NCBI GenBank assembly: GCA_964016885.1
Contig: OZ024740.1
Location: 65,906,001-65,970,000, forward strand
Reading direction: 5' to 3'
DNA from: Eledone cirrhosa
Taxonomy: Eukaryota
Length of the DNA: 64,000 nucleotides
How positions within the stretch are numbered: the stretch's first letter is position 1; every line of letters starts with the position of its first letter. Shown piece by piece: positions 41,879-55,201 of the stretch. The position numbers and the translations under genes were made by a program. The notes under the pieces are model-generated. The model searched no databases. It worked only from the letters and a program-made list of their open reading frames with translations, and was not told the origin of the DNA.

Positions 41879-42651
41879 TTCCCTTGCTTTTATCGAGAAT
41901 CTAATTGTAATACGTGACGTATTCTATTCTATAGCGATTAGGTCTTCAAAATGTTTATTATAAACATACAGAATATTTTCGAATATTCTATGTCTATATT
42001 CACATATATATCACTATTTCAGAGCATTTATTCCAATTTCTAATTTCTGCCGGACCGGCAACCGCTCTTTCAAACCAGTTCCTGTACACAGCTAAGTATT
42101 CTATAAGTCTCTAGCTGTGTCATTCTCGATAAAAGCACTGGATATGTAGTCCTGATGATTTCTAACAAGAATGAAACGCGTAGATTACTTCCCTTGCTTT
42201 TATCGAGAATCTAATTGTAATACGTGACGTATTCTATTCTATAGCGATTAGGTCGTCAAAATGTTTATTATAAACATACAGAATATTTTCGAATATTCTA
42301 TGTCTATATTCACATATATATCGCTATTTCAGAGCATTTATTCCAATTTCTAATTTCTGCCGGACCGGCAACCGCTCTTTCAAACCAGTTCCTGTACACA
42401 GCTAAGTATTCTATAAGTCTCTAGCTGTGTCATTCTCGATAAAAGCACTGGATATGTAGTCCTGATGATTTCTAACAAGAATGAAACGCGTAGATTACTT
42501 CCCTTGCTTTTATCGAGAATCTAATTGTAATACGTGACGTATTCTATTCTATAGCGATTAGGTCTTCAAAATGTTTATTATAAACATACAGAATATTTTC
42601 GAATATTCTATGTCTATATTCACATATATATCGCTATTTCAGAGCATTTAT

Positions 42652-42706
<55 letters not shown>

Positions 42707-43379
42707 ATAAAATATGAGATTATAATGTGGAACTTCACTATTTTCTTTTGTAGGATCAAAGAAGCATTATGGACATTACAGTCATCAGTTCATCAGGAGT
42801 AAAAAGTGGAGGATTATCGATCAATAAAATATTCTGTTGTTAAGGGCGGTTCAGGTAGCAGATTATTATTAAAATTCAATATTAGAAAAAAGTCGAGGAT
42901 ATGAAATAATATTTATTTTATTTCTATGCACGTTTCAATATGGCTAAAATGTCATATTCATTTGAAGAACAACATAAATTATCAATTAACAATTAACAAC
43001 ACATATGCTACACATTAAGCGTAAATCTTGAGGAAAAAACATACATATCATAAATAATATTTAGACGAAGTTTAAGCTCACAAGCTTTAAGGAATAAACA
43101 AATCAATATAAAAAATCCTTCAACATAAAATAATTCCTTCTGCATAACATGCATTTGAATCTAATTGGTTTACTGATGAATTCCTTTCTATATAAAACCT
43201 GATACATAGAAGATATATAGATGATGTATATATATATATATAAACACACACGCACACACACACATACATACACACGCATACACACACACACACATACACA
43301 CACACACATACACACATACACATACACACACACACACACATATTTTTGTTTAAACGATCGACTTTCGTCAAATCGGACC

Positions 43380-43562
43380 AAGGAAACAATGTTTCCGTTA
43401 GTCTTTCCAATTGGTAATACTATCTATCGGCCGCAGCTCCAGGTAGAATGATCAACAGGAAATAAAGTGTCTTGCCCAAGGACATAACGCATCGCCCGGT
43501 CCAGAAATCGAACTCACAGCCTCGCGATTGCGAATCCAATTCTCTTACCTTTCAGCTACGTG
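43380..43562 (-). mobile_element. tRNA-derived CORE-type SINE
   Basis: AAGTGTCTTGCCCAAGGACA (reverse complement of the CORE domain) next to B-box-like GAGTTCGATTTC on the minus strand. Confidence 0.7.
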
Positions 43563-43611
43563 TGAGGTTCTATACAGACAGAGATTATAGAGAAAAGTGG
43601 CTATTTCCAAT

Positions 43612-43887
<276 letters not shown>

Positions 43888-45999
43888 CGCACGCAAGTGA
43901 TTTACAATGTCACCGTCATTTTCAAAATTATGAAATGATTATCACATCGTCCCCAATATGCATTGCAAATAATCAACGGAGAACAGATATTGCAGGTGAA
44001 AGATAACATGCTCGCAAACAATCACGTATATGCATACAAGCAGCATACACAGAGATATACACCCACAAATACACATATAACCAAACATGTATGCAATATC
44101 AAGAAAAGAAAAAGTTTTGTCCAAATGATTTATTTTTTAGTGAAATATCAACTGTCATTCTCGTCGTAATCTCTCGGTAACTCATAACAAATTCGTTGTT
44201 GTTAGCAGATATTCTTACTGATTACATATGTATACTACTGAGATCGTCTGACTAATTTAAAGAGCAGTAGTAAAGCACTGTCATTTTACAAAATATCAAA
44301 AATATTTTCGGCTTAGCATTTTTATTAACTCACGATATAATATTACTGAGAAAAAATAAAAAAGAATAGAAAAATTATTAACACATCATATTCAACAGAA
44401 TATATGCTGTTATTCTTATAAAAGAACAATTCTATGATGGTTACAGATATTGATGTTACGTTTTCCTGACATAATTTATTGACTAAATCATCAGTATAGT
44501 CATGGCAGTTTATAAAATATATTAACTAAATCTGCAGTCATGATTGAAATATATGCGTCACTCGAGAGTACATTTATATATCCACTATACTAGCGCTGCT
44601 TATGCATTAAAATACGAACGTAAGCAACGATAAAACTATAATGTAGCTGCTAGAAATGAACTCACATTATTATGAATGCACAAGAGACTGACGATAACGA
44701 CTGCAAGATATAAGTAATTTCTCAAAGCTTGTTTATGCTACTTAAATCCTGGTTACAATTACGATTGGTATATGATGACTGATGTCAAACACGTGAATTC
44801 CGATGTATATTCTGTTGTACAAGGTGACCTTATACAAGAGAAAAAAAAACATCATTTAACACAAGCACAGTACATTAAATGCCACGCAACAGTAATATCG
44901 TCCTGACTACTTATTTTATTGACTTTGAAATAATGGTTTCTTTATTGACTTTGAAATAATGAAAGAAAAATTTGAAATTTACCGTATTCGATATCAAACT
45001 AAATATGGGAAGAAAAAATGATGCAAAGAAGTGGGTGCATCTTGGAAAGTGCTACATTGCCCCGATATCTAAGAGCTCCTATCCGTTGCCATATATAACA
45101 TATTCGTCGCCTCCTCGGTCACAACTCCCTACTGACAGCAGCACAGTGCATGGCATCCAGTCGGTTGAGTATAATGGACATACCGTTCAGGGATCAACTC
45201 GATTGCAGGGTGCTCAGAATCTGCCATTCCTTTGCCTTCTTCAAGATATGTGGATGATATATATATTCTCATGTCATTCCGCAAGATAGCCAACATATTA
45301 TTAGAGGCGTTGAAGACCCTGAACGAACATATCATTTTCAGCGTGCAGCATCCTTCTGATTACAGACCCTTCGTTCTCCTCTAAAATGGCAGCAAACACA
45401 ACACCCCCTCTACCACAAAACGGCCTACAGGGACCTATTGGTTCACTACAAATCTACAGTGACAAAAAGGGCAAAAACATATCACGCGCTTAAAATAAAG
45501 GATATAGTGAAGCTGCGTGTAGCATCACCCACATCAGTCAGTTCCGCTAGGTGTAGGTAATCAAAGATTATACATCACCAAAAGGACTGCCCGACACCAA
45601 ATACAAAATATTGAAGACCTCGCTCAAATGTTTCTTAATTAAAATCCAACACCGCATCGAAAAATAAGGAACCAACATCTGCGACATGAATGGAGAGTCT
45701 TGAACCACAATTGGCTCACTAGGGACTCTTTCTATTTGTATGTCTATCTTGGACACATTAATATAACCATTGTGTCTCTGTGTAAACACTCAATCTCAAA
45801 TGCAGGCTGCTACCTGTGTGCTCACGTTGTGTAGTTATTAAATTGCGACAAATGCAATGAATGCTATAATTCGACATAGAAAGCTCGGAATAAAAGAATA
45901 CCTTACTACGAAATACCCGTCGTTCCGGAAACCCATCATTAAATGCGATAGAAAGGATAAGAACACGAAAGAGATGCTGCGGATCAAGGCAGTTTAATA

Positions 46000-46730
46000 A
46001 AATCAGGATTTGGACACCCTGGCCATTCAAGTAGCGAGTTATTGTTTACGGTGACATATCCAGGTGTAGGAGATTTATCCGGGATTTCTTGGAGGAATTT
46101 GTCCGAAGAACTTTTGAATTTTATTGGGTCAGTTTCTGTTTTAATGAATTTTGGTGTAATGTTACACCTAGTTAGGGTGAAATAATTGTGCCATAATGTT
46201 GTTATAAGATGCAACTTCCATTTTTTTTGTGGGCGGATAGCTCAGTGTCCAATCCATATGTGTACATTAAAGATGATGCGAACATCATTTACGCAAGTTG
46301 ATTAGAATAGATTTTGAGCTTTTTTAGTCGACACCAAAACTGATGGCATGTCTTGTCATCTATCCTTGTTTGTAATTGACCATTAAGGAGCTTCAAGATT
46401 TGTGTGGGATCACCATAGGGGACAACATTATGGAAGGTGTTGATCGGGAATATGTGGAGAAGAGAAGGAAAATGCTGTGAATATCTCTGGACTAGATAGT
46501 TCTGAGAATCAAGGAACAAATTCTGAGGGCCATGTCAACTATGGTGTTTATATGAGTGGCCCAGCTTTTGTTTTTATGAACAATTACCCCCAAGTTTCTA
46601 ATGGTGTTGGATGCCACGAGAGTTGCCTTCAGCTGAAGGCAGATAATATGAATTTTTCCATGCATCCTCTTTTCCGAAGTGGATTAATTCAAATTTATCC
46701 TCGTTCAGTGACATATTGTTGTTTTCCGCC
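46000..46730 (-). mobile_element. CR1/Jockey-like LINE 3' fragment
   Basis: C-terminus KFKSSSDKFLQEIPDKSPTPGY..NNSLLEW. Confidence 0.65.
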
Positions 46731-46754
46731 TGCATATATATATATATATATAAC

Positions 46755-48200
46755 TTAACTCACACCAGAATAAACACCAGAATAGTAGTATAAACAGAAA
46801 TATAAACAATACTTCAAATAAAATTACAAAAAACAAAAATAGAAGAAGAACTAATAGATTCTTCAATCCCCCTTTCAATCTAAACGTCTCTACCAACTTA
46901 CCGAAGGCTTTCTTCTCAATCCTAGAAAAAAACTTCCCATCCGGCCACAAATACGATAATCTTATCAATAAAAATACCATTAATATCTCTTACTCTACCA
47001 CACCGAACATCACATACCATATAGCTAGTAGTAATAAAAGGAAGATTAATAACTATTTTCAACTAATTAAATCACAGCAGAGGGTAAACTTACAGGGCAA
47101 CATAGTACCAGAGATTTCTAGTAGCAATAATAATAATTGTTTCTACGTTAGGCACAAGGCCAGCAATTACCCAGTGCAGTACATTATTGGTACTTTCTTT
47201 TATCGACCCCGTAAGGATGAAAGGCAAAGTCAACCTCGGCGTGATTTGAACTCAGATCGTAAAGGGACGTAACTATGCTGGAAACCATGGCGTCCGACCC
47301 TCTACTGATACAGCCAATCCACCGCCTAGTAGCAATAATAATAATGATAATAGCACTAATGAAATTAATAACAATGGGAACGACAACCATCATTAACCTA
47401 TTGCTATCCCTAACAACCAGGCTTCTACACAACATAGTCACCGGAAAGCAAACAAACAGAATAGCTGTAACTGTAGAACAAATAGAACTTGCCCCTTAGG
47501 TAAAAATTGCTTAATCAAAGACATCATTAACTCATGCACGGTCAACACAAACAACTTTTGTAAAACATATATAGGTTCAACTTCAAACAGCTTTCAAGAC
47601 GTGATATAACTCGCAAATCCACACTTTCAAAAATCGCAATCTAGCCAATTCCACTTCTTTATCTAGCTACATACGTTCTCTGAAAACTAGGAATAAACCA
47701 TATACACTTCAATGGGAGATAGTAGATGGGGCCGCATCGTATAAACCACCAAATAAATTATGTAAGCTCTGTCTTCTAGAGACCCGAACAATAGTCTATT
47801 CTCAGCTAGAAAATAGAAAATCAGGTTTTTTCGATGTGCCAGCACTATCACCGACACTCAGTTCATAGCTTTAAACCTAGTTGCCAATATATAACAATGT
47901 CAGATCTGAAATCCTCACCACCATTAACACCCCACTTCTAGGAATTATCAGCATATACGTAACCCCACAGAATCTCACTCTTTGATCAGCTCATCACTCT
48001 ACTTATCTTCTTTTTATCTCTAACTTTATACTATACAATAACTATTTAGAATAAACACAAAGCTAACACCATTTAATATAACCACTATAGCTTGCATATA
48101 TTATATTCAGTAATGGATAGATAATAATATGATGAGACACTTAATGTAGTATAGGAAATTAAATTATATTTATAATTAAATATATAAATTAATAGCATTA
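46755..48200 (+). mobile_element. Naiad-type PLE 3' fragment (thumb + GIY-YIG) interrupted by SINE S1
   Basis: FNPPFNLNVST, LINKNTINISYSTTPN, CNCRTNRTCP, TYIGST and CKLCLLE. Confidence 0.8.
47135..47326 (-). mobile_element. SINE S1, full length
   Basis: Matches S1; AAT-rich flanks. Confidence 0.9.
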
Positions 48201-49435
48201 TATATATGGGATTCACTTAATTATATATATGGGATTCACAAAAATATATATATCTATATAAATACATGAATATACATTTGGGCATAGCTTTGTGAAATAG
48301 TAAACTCGAATCTTTGAATTATCTAGAAGTATCCATCAATTTTTGAATCTATTTTTAAATCCAGAAAAAATCCTACATACAACAAACTCCTGGAGGATTT
48401 TGAAACAGAAATGCTTAACATAAAGAAGATTAATTTCAAGAAAAACCCATATAAAGGTCACCAATACCTTAGAACTCTAAGGGAAATAATCTTGGATATA
48501 AAAAAAGTTAATAAAATATTGGTGAAGTCTAACAAAACCAACAATTTATATGGGATAAAGCTGAACATAATGATTTACTGTTAAAAGAACTGTTGACAAA
48601 TTATAGAAAAGCCCCGGTTGAAGATCTTATAGACATCAATAATGATGCATTTAAATTAATAGCCAAACTTGGAATTGAAGGAAGAACCGAGCATTGTATA
48701 CCTAGCCAGCCGAGGATAAATTTTAAGGATCACAAGATAAACTTTGAAGAAGTCCTACAATTTAGACTGATAGCTCCATCTAAATCGGATATTGGAGTAA
48801 TCAGTAAGAGTATTATTGATAGAATTCTACCTACTCTGAAATTGAAGTCTAAATTGAGCTTATGGTATGTCAAATTGAGCTTAATGTCAAAGTTTCTATT
48901 CCTATCTGAACGGATCCAATACTCATTGTTGAAATTAATTAGAGTTCTTCTAGCAGTTAATAGGATATTGATTTCATCCATAGTTAGATCTGTATGTTTG
49001 TAAGCATAAGACAACGCCTTATTTAATAGGTTAGCTGTAATAGAAGAATAATAGCTTGCTATGTCAATTTGGATGAATTTGTGATTTTTTTTATTATCTA
49101 TATTTTTAAACTAGTCAATCACTTCATTAGAAGAACTCTAATTAATTTCAACAATGAGTATTGGATCCGTTCAGATAGGAATAGAAACTTTGACATTACC
49201 ATGGGATAATCGGACTCAGCGCAGGTCACCTATCTTCTGGGGATTGTTATCTTAAATATGGTAAATAGAAAACTGCCGGAGATTACCGGTGGTTTATATA
49301 GGAACGATATTTTATTTACGGTTGTCAAATATAGCAATACAGAACTAAATAGGGTTAAGAAAACTATAATTCAATTCTTTAAAAATTACGACCTTAAATT
49401 AGAAGTTGAAAGTAGTACCAAAATAGTTAATTTCC

Positions 49436-50584
49436 TTGATGTTACCTTCAAGTTTTTATTACCCTTTCCATAAGCCCAATGAAAACTTAAATTACGTTAG
49501 CTATTACTCTAATCACTCTAAATCCCTGAAAAATGCAATAGTCAATAGTGTACAGAAACGCATAACTAGAATATCCGCTAATAAATCCTTATTTGATGAA
49601 AAAGCAGGATATTATAATGAAGTGCTACGAAAGGCTGGTTATAAAAATAATATTGAATATATAGATAATAATAATTTGAATTATAATCCTGATAAAAATA
49701 AGACTAACATATACAAACGATATTCTAAAAATTATAAAACAAACACCAATACCGTGAATAAATCGGTGAATAAAATCAGAGCTAAATCAGTTATATGGTC
49801 CCCCCCCCAAAAAAAAAACCCCACGTCGGTAGCAATAAAAGCACCACTCGAAAATATATTCTTTAAAGCTTTAGATAAATGCTTCCCCATTCAACACAAA
49901 TACCGTTCCATATTTAACAGAAACACAATTAAGCATTCTTATGCTACAACTATGAATATGGCCCAGAACATCGCAAAAATAAATAGTAGAATTATAAATC
50001 ATAATCAACAAACAATTAACGATAATGAATATAATAACACTAGAAATATTAATACTAGGAATAACAATAACATTAATCTAAGCACAATCAATAGAACACT
50101 TCAAAGTACTAAAAATGTTAATGTCAATTGTCCAATTTATAGTAGTAACAATAAATCGAAATGTAATTGTAGAAATAGATCAAATTGCCCTCTGCAAAAT
50201 AATTGTCTGGATAGCAATCTGGTATATAAATGCACCGTAAAGGCAAATAACATCACATACAACTATATTGGTGCAACTTCATCGACATTTAAATTAAGAT
50301 TTTCGAATCCTAGTAGGAAATCTTCGACTTCTTTATCACAACTTATAGGGTCGTTAAAAGACAAACATTTAAAATATTCGATTTCTTGGTCGAAGCTGTG
50401 TAATAGTCGAATCTACTTGATTTCCTCAATATCACCTAACTGCAATCTCTGTACTATGGAGACCCTATTAATAATTAATAATTATGATAATTTAATTAAC
50501 AAAAAAGTGAATTATTCTCAAATTGCCTTCATAATGCTTCTTCTATTTATCCAAGACTCGCAAAAAGTCAGGAAAAAACACTAA
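49436..50584 (+). CDS. PLE thumb + GIY-YIG endonuclease remnant
   Basis: PFHKPN..SNH, IFNRNTIKHSY, CNCR..CPL and LVYKCTV..YIGAT. Confidence 0.75.
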   Translation: MMLPSSFYYPFHKPNENLNYVSYYSNHSKSLKNAIVNSVQKRITRISANKSLFDEKAGYYNEVLRKAGYKNNIEYIDNNNLNYNPDKNKTNIYKRYSKNYKTNTNTVNKSVNKIRAKSVIWSPPQKKNPTSVAIKAPLENIFFKALDKCFPIQHKYRSIFNRNTIKHSYATTMNMAQNIAKINSRIINHNQQTINDNEYNNTRNINTRNNNNINLSTINRTLQSTKNVNVNCPIYSSNNKSKCNCRNRSNCPLQNNCLDSNLVYKCTVKANNITYNYIGATSSTFKLRFSNPSRKSSTSLSQLIGSLKDKHLKYSISWSKLCNSRIYLISSISPNCNLCTMETLLIINNYDNLINKKVNYSQIAFIMLLLFIQDSQKVRKKH

Positions 50585-50699
50585 ATAAATAGGTTCTAAT
50601 TTTTGACGTCTCTTATCAACTGAGTGCGTAAAATGTTTTAACAGATTATAAAACCTTCCAATAATGTTTTACTCATTTATGATATGATTAATGTTAGAT

Positions 50700-51920
50700 T
50701 AAGGGTTCTATATAAATATATTAGCACATAGATTGTTAACATGATTTCTTGATGAATATGCATATCATATGATTGTGTAGATACATTTAATTTGATTGGG
50801 ATTCTTGTATTTTTTTAAATATATAGCTTATATGGTTGGCAGTTGTAATGAACCGTAAACCATTCATGCATTTATGTATTTATGTATTTATTCTTTTGGT
50901 GTATGTTAGTTTTAAGATACAGGATGTTTGATTTATATATTTATATTTATTTATATATATGTACGATCCTAGTCGACAAACTTTTTTCCACTTAACTGGA
51001 TGTAAAACTTCAATTATAACTTTACTAACAATGTTAAAATTATTTATTATATGTATATGGATCACTAATATCGTCTTGAGTTCCGGACAGAATACTTTGT
51101 ATATATTTGGACAAATGTGTATATCTGGTTTAATAACATGCTTCTCGCTACATTTAGATACTACTTTAGATACTTAAGGACATTCTAGTATTATAATTGT
51201 TAAATATTTTCTAAATGATATAACGATTATTATTTTTTTTAATTTAATTAAATTCGGGTTACCTTCGGGTCGATGAAAATCTTAAGTTTTCAGTTTCTCA
51301 TGTTTGCAAATACTTTAAATATGATATTATACTACAATATAGATCCTTAAACATTTTCTTGTATTTTTAAATTATATAGCTTAGATATTTGGCACGTATA
51401 TGATCTGAAACAATTTACTTATTTACTTTGAATCTGGTTCTTATCTTTATGATTCATGAAGTTTGATTTGTATATTTATAGTATATATGTATTACATGAC
51501 CCTGATATAATAATTGATCTAAAACTTTAATTTTAACAATATTAACAGTAACTTATTTATTATATTATATTATATTATGTCATGTATAACTTACTAATAT
51601 CGTCTTGAACTTTAGACAATATACTCTTTGTATATATTTAGACAAATGCCTATATCTAATTTAATAATACCCTTTTTTATGTTTAATTATAAGGCCTTTA
51701 GATATGTTAAGGCATTCTAATTGTTAACTTTAAATTTTTAAAACGTTATAACTGTAATTATTTTCTAAATTATATAATGAGAATTATTATTTTAATATAA
51801 AGACAAATTGTTTTTAGTATAATATAATATAATATAATTTAATATAGATTACCTACGTCTGGATGAAAATACTAAGTCTCTTCTTTCTCATGTTTGCAAA
51901 TATTTTAAATATAATTTTAT
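50700..51920. repeat. Degenerate tandem repeat with ~550-590 bp period in the PLE tail
   Basis: TTTCTCATGTTTGCAAATA at ~51294 and ~51884; ACTAATATCGTCTTGA at ~51064 and ~51593. Confidence 0.7.
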
Positions 51921-52660
51921 AAATTAAATATGTTAGTATACTTTAATATTAATATAGATATTTATAAATTTTATAGCCTGAAATATTATACCTTTAGATT
52001 AATGCATTATTCTGAACTAACATAAATGATTCGAAATTTAACGGTCAGCCGGATACGTTTGGATATATATAGTGTATATAATTTATTGTTAGTATATTTC
52101 TAATTAACTAGGGAATCGAAATTAAACGCTCATATAATTACACCCAGATATATTTAATATTTAGATTGATGGATATTTCTACATAATTCAAAGATTCGAG
52201 GTTACTCTTTCACTAAGCTATGCCTAAATGTATTTTCATGTATTTATATAGATATATATATTTTTGCATCATCTAACCACACCCTATTCATCTACGACAA
52301 TACAAATCTCCTTCCTTGTGCTTTATATTATAACAATTATTCCTCATTGTCTCTCTATCCTTGATCAATTCTCTTTTGCTTTCTATACTTCTAGTAACTA
52401 TATTTTTTCCTCATCTGTTTCTCTCTGTCTTTCTTCTTTCTTTCTTATTTCTTCAATAATTTAAATTATTTGAATATCTAACAGTTATGTAAAATGCTGT
52501 TATGTATTTTTAAGCTTTCTCACACGCACCCTCTGTATTATATGTAAGTTTTTTCATATCTCAATCTTAAGGTATATAAATATTGAGTTTTGTCAATCTT
52601 ATTCACTACCATGACTAAATCTTAACCATCTACTAAGTCAGGGTATGTCATGCATCATCT

Positions 52661-52727
52661 TATTTTATCTGATGAGGACGTACTGTTGAAGATAGCTCAG
52701 TACCTCTGAAATATGTATAATAAAATA
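52661..52727 (+). ncRNA. Type I hammerhead (family H3), intact core
   Basis: TATTTTAT CTGATGA ggac GTACTG..CAGTAC ctct GAAA TATGTATA ATAAAATA; perfect 8-bp helix I. Confidence 0.75.
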
Positions 52728-52771
52728 TACTTGATCACACGAATGTCTATTTTTTTTAATATTTTGAATTA

Positions 52772-52858
<87 letters not shown>

Positions 52859-54515
52859 TGTGTGCGTTTATGTGTGTGTGTGTGTGTGCGTGCGTGTGCG
52901 GTTGTGCAAATGTGTGTGTTTGCGCGTGTGTGTGGGTGCGCGTGTGTGTGTATATGTGTGTGTGTGTGTGAATGTGTGTGGGTGTGTGTGTGTGTGTGCG
53001 TTAATCAGTGAATATTTATTTTGATGAACGCTTCGATTTCAGAGAGATACGATTCTAGTCGATTAAATTTATCAGCCTCTTCAGTACATCGATGATGTGA
53101 TACGGTCATTTCTAGGAATCGCATCAGGAAACAGCACTATTTATATGAGTTACTTGGTCTCGTTAAACAAGCAAGCATACAAAGAGAAAAAAGAAAAAGA
53201 CAAAAGGAAAATAACGAAGATAAGGTATGTGGCTATAATGGCACGTAAATTTAAATATACATATGTACGGTGTACACACAATTTTGCCAGCATAAGTAGC
53301 ACTTACATATGTATGGAAATGTGTATGGTGTCCACATGCACGTATGTATGTGTGTTTGTGTACGTGAATGTATGCACGGTTGTGTATGTATATGTGTATG
53401 TGAGTGCATGTGTATGCACTTTGATAGAGCTGATGAATGTGAAACCGGGGTGTATATGTACGTATAAGTGAGCCTGTAATGTGCGTCTTTTAACGCGGCA
53501 TACACGGGCCTGTATGTAGGCATGTGGGGGATATGTGGGGATATGTATGCGCATTTGTGGTGCTGTGGTTTGCCTATATATATATATATATATATATATT
53601 TGTGAGAGCACAATAGTATATGTGTATGTATGGATGTGTTTAGGCCTGTATGTGCACGCACTTGTGTCTTCTTGCACACAAGTGTGTTATGTAATATGTA
53701 GTGTACATTCTTTATCCACTCAGATATCCACCTACTCATTCATTTACACTCTAACGTTTATTTATTTTAGTTTACGCCATTCTTTTCATTAAATAATTAA
53801 TAGATTTATTTCTTCATGCATTCCTACATAAACCTATATTATAACTGTTTTCATCTGTGTGCTGTACACATACATAAAATGCACACATTTTATCACAAGT
53901 TAACCCTCCACCCCATATTATACACTTAACTATATTTGAAAATCTTAACATTGTATCTTATTGTATTTTATTTTATTCTGTTCACACCTGTATTTACTTA
54001 TTCATTTAACTATTTTACTCATTTACTTCTATATAACCAATTATATATTTTCTTTAAAATGTTCCTTTAAATTCTACGGCATGCCTATTCATAGTCTTAC
54101 ATCTCATCGCCTCCACCCTATATTCCTAAGACATTATAACTCTTCTCCTATTACAATCCTAATCACTACGCTCTTACTCCCACACACATTATCTATTTCC
54201 CTTGACCCCTAGCCATGTTAAGCTATATTTGACATTCACTACCCCCTTCCGTTCTATTAACGCAGCTTACAAAAAAGACAAATTTGAGAACCACACTACC
54301 ATGCCTAGTGATCTATTTTCACAGACTATGCAAAAGTTTATACACCCCTGAAAAGGCTTGTTGGACACATTAACTGAAACCACCTGGCGCCACGGTCGAG
54401 ATTTTACCTTTTTCTGCATCCACTCTGCATTTCCTCATGTATTGAGTACTCCAATGATTAGTGGTCTCCTCGGTACAGCACCGAAGACTTTCTCTCACTA
54501 TATCTGTATATATAT

Positions 54516-54904
54516 ATATATTAGTAAAAGGAAAAGAAAATGCTGACAAATTTTTCCCAGTGAAAAATAGTTTAATTAGGAATAAGTAAAAATGAGTAAT
54601 AAGCATTAGTTAGTATTCAGTTTTAGTTTTAAGTTTTTACCGGTTGCGCATTTCTAATGCTTTTCAAAAATAATTTTGAGATAGAGCGCCCGTGATGTTT
54701 GCTCCTATCAGATCAGAGCAAACTACACGGGCGCTCTATCTCAAAATAATTTTTGAAAAGCATTAGAAATGCGCAACCGGTAAAAACTTAAAACTAAAAC
54801 TGAATACTAACCAATGCTTATTACTAATTTTTACTTATTCCTAATTAAACTATTTTTCACTGGGAAAAATTTGTCAGCATTTTCTTTTCCTTTTACTAAT
54901 ATAT
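54516..54904. mobile_element. Near-perfect ~390-bp palindrome (fold-back/MITE-like)
   Basis: ~190-bp arms (TTAGTAAAAGGAAAAG..GTTTGCTC / GAGCAAAC..CTTTTACTAA) around a ~11-nt spacer. Confidence 0.85.
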
Positions 54905-54952
54905 CACAACTCGTGTGTTACACCTCTATTCTTTTAAATATATATATATATT

Positions 54953-55060
<108 letters not shown>

Positions 55061-55151
55061 TGTGTTTGTGTATCCCGTGTTCAATCGGCGATAACCATAG
55101 TAAGGAAGGTACTCAATACAAAGCATAATATAAATATTTAATATAGAAATC

Positions 55152-55201
55152 GCTTCTACATGTCTAGAACTGTTTCCTTCGAAGGAAATCATCAGGAAAG
55201 C
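55152..55201 (-). ncRNA. Candidate type I hammerhead (family H7); decayed relative at ~57695-57742
   Basis: GCTTTC CTGATGA TTTCCTTCGAAG GAAACA gttctagaca TGTA GAAGC. Confidence 0.45.

Larger units (their letters stand above)
40429..42657. mobile_element. Retrozyme-like array: 310-bp hammerhead-containing unit, ~3.3 copies (-) then ~3.9 copies (+)
   Basis: Units start at 40429, 40739, 41049 and 41359; inversion junction at 41443-41444; then units at 41443, 41753, 42063 and 42373; (TA)n on both sides. Confidence 0.92.
48241..52265 (+). mobile_element. Naiad-type PLE bounded by ~100-bp inverted repeats, with an internal inversion and a long AT-rich tail
   Basis: 48241-48340 is the reverse complement of 52166-52265; motifs KDHKINF, PSKSDIG, GLYRND, VNFLDVT, CNCRNRSNCPLQNNC, YIGAT and CNLCTME. 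Confidence 0.85.

Noticed and set aside
40429-42657. CRISPR array or simple satellite
   Set aside because: There are no unique spacers, the context is eukaryotic, and units are identical and carry a ribozyme motif.
45300-45900. Possible L1/Tx1 ORF1 remnant
   Set aside because: Similarity to 19800-20000 is too faint to support.
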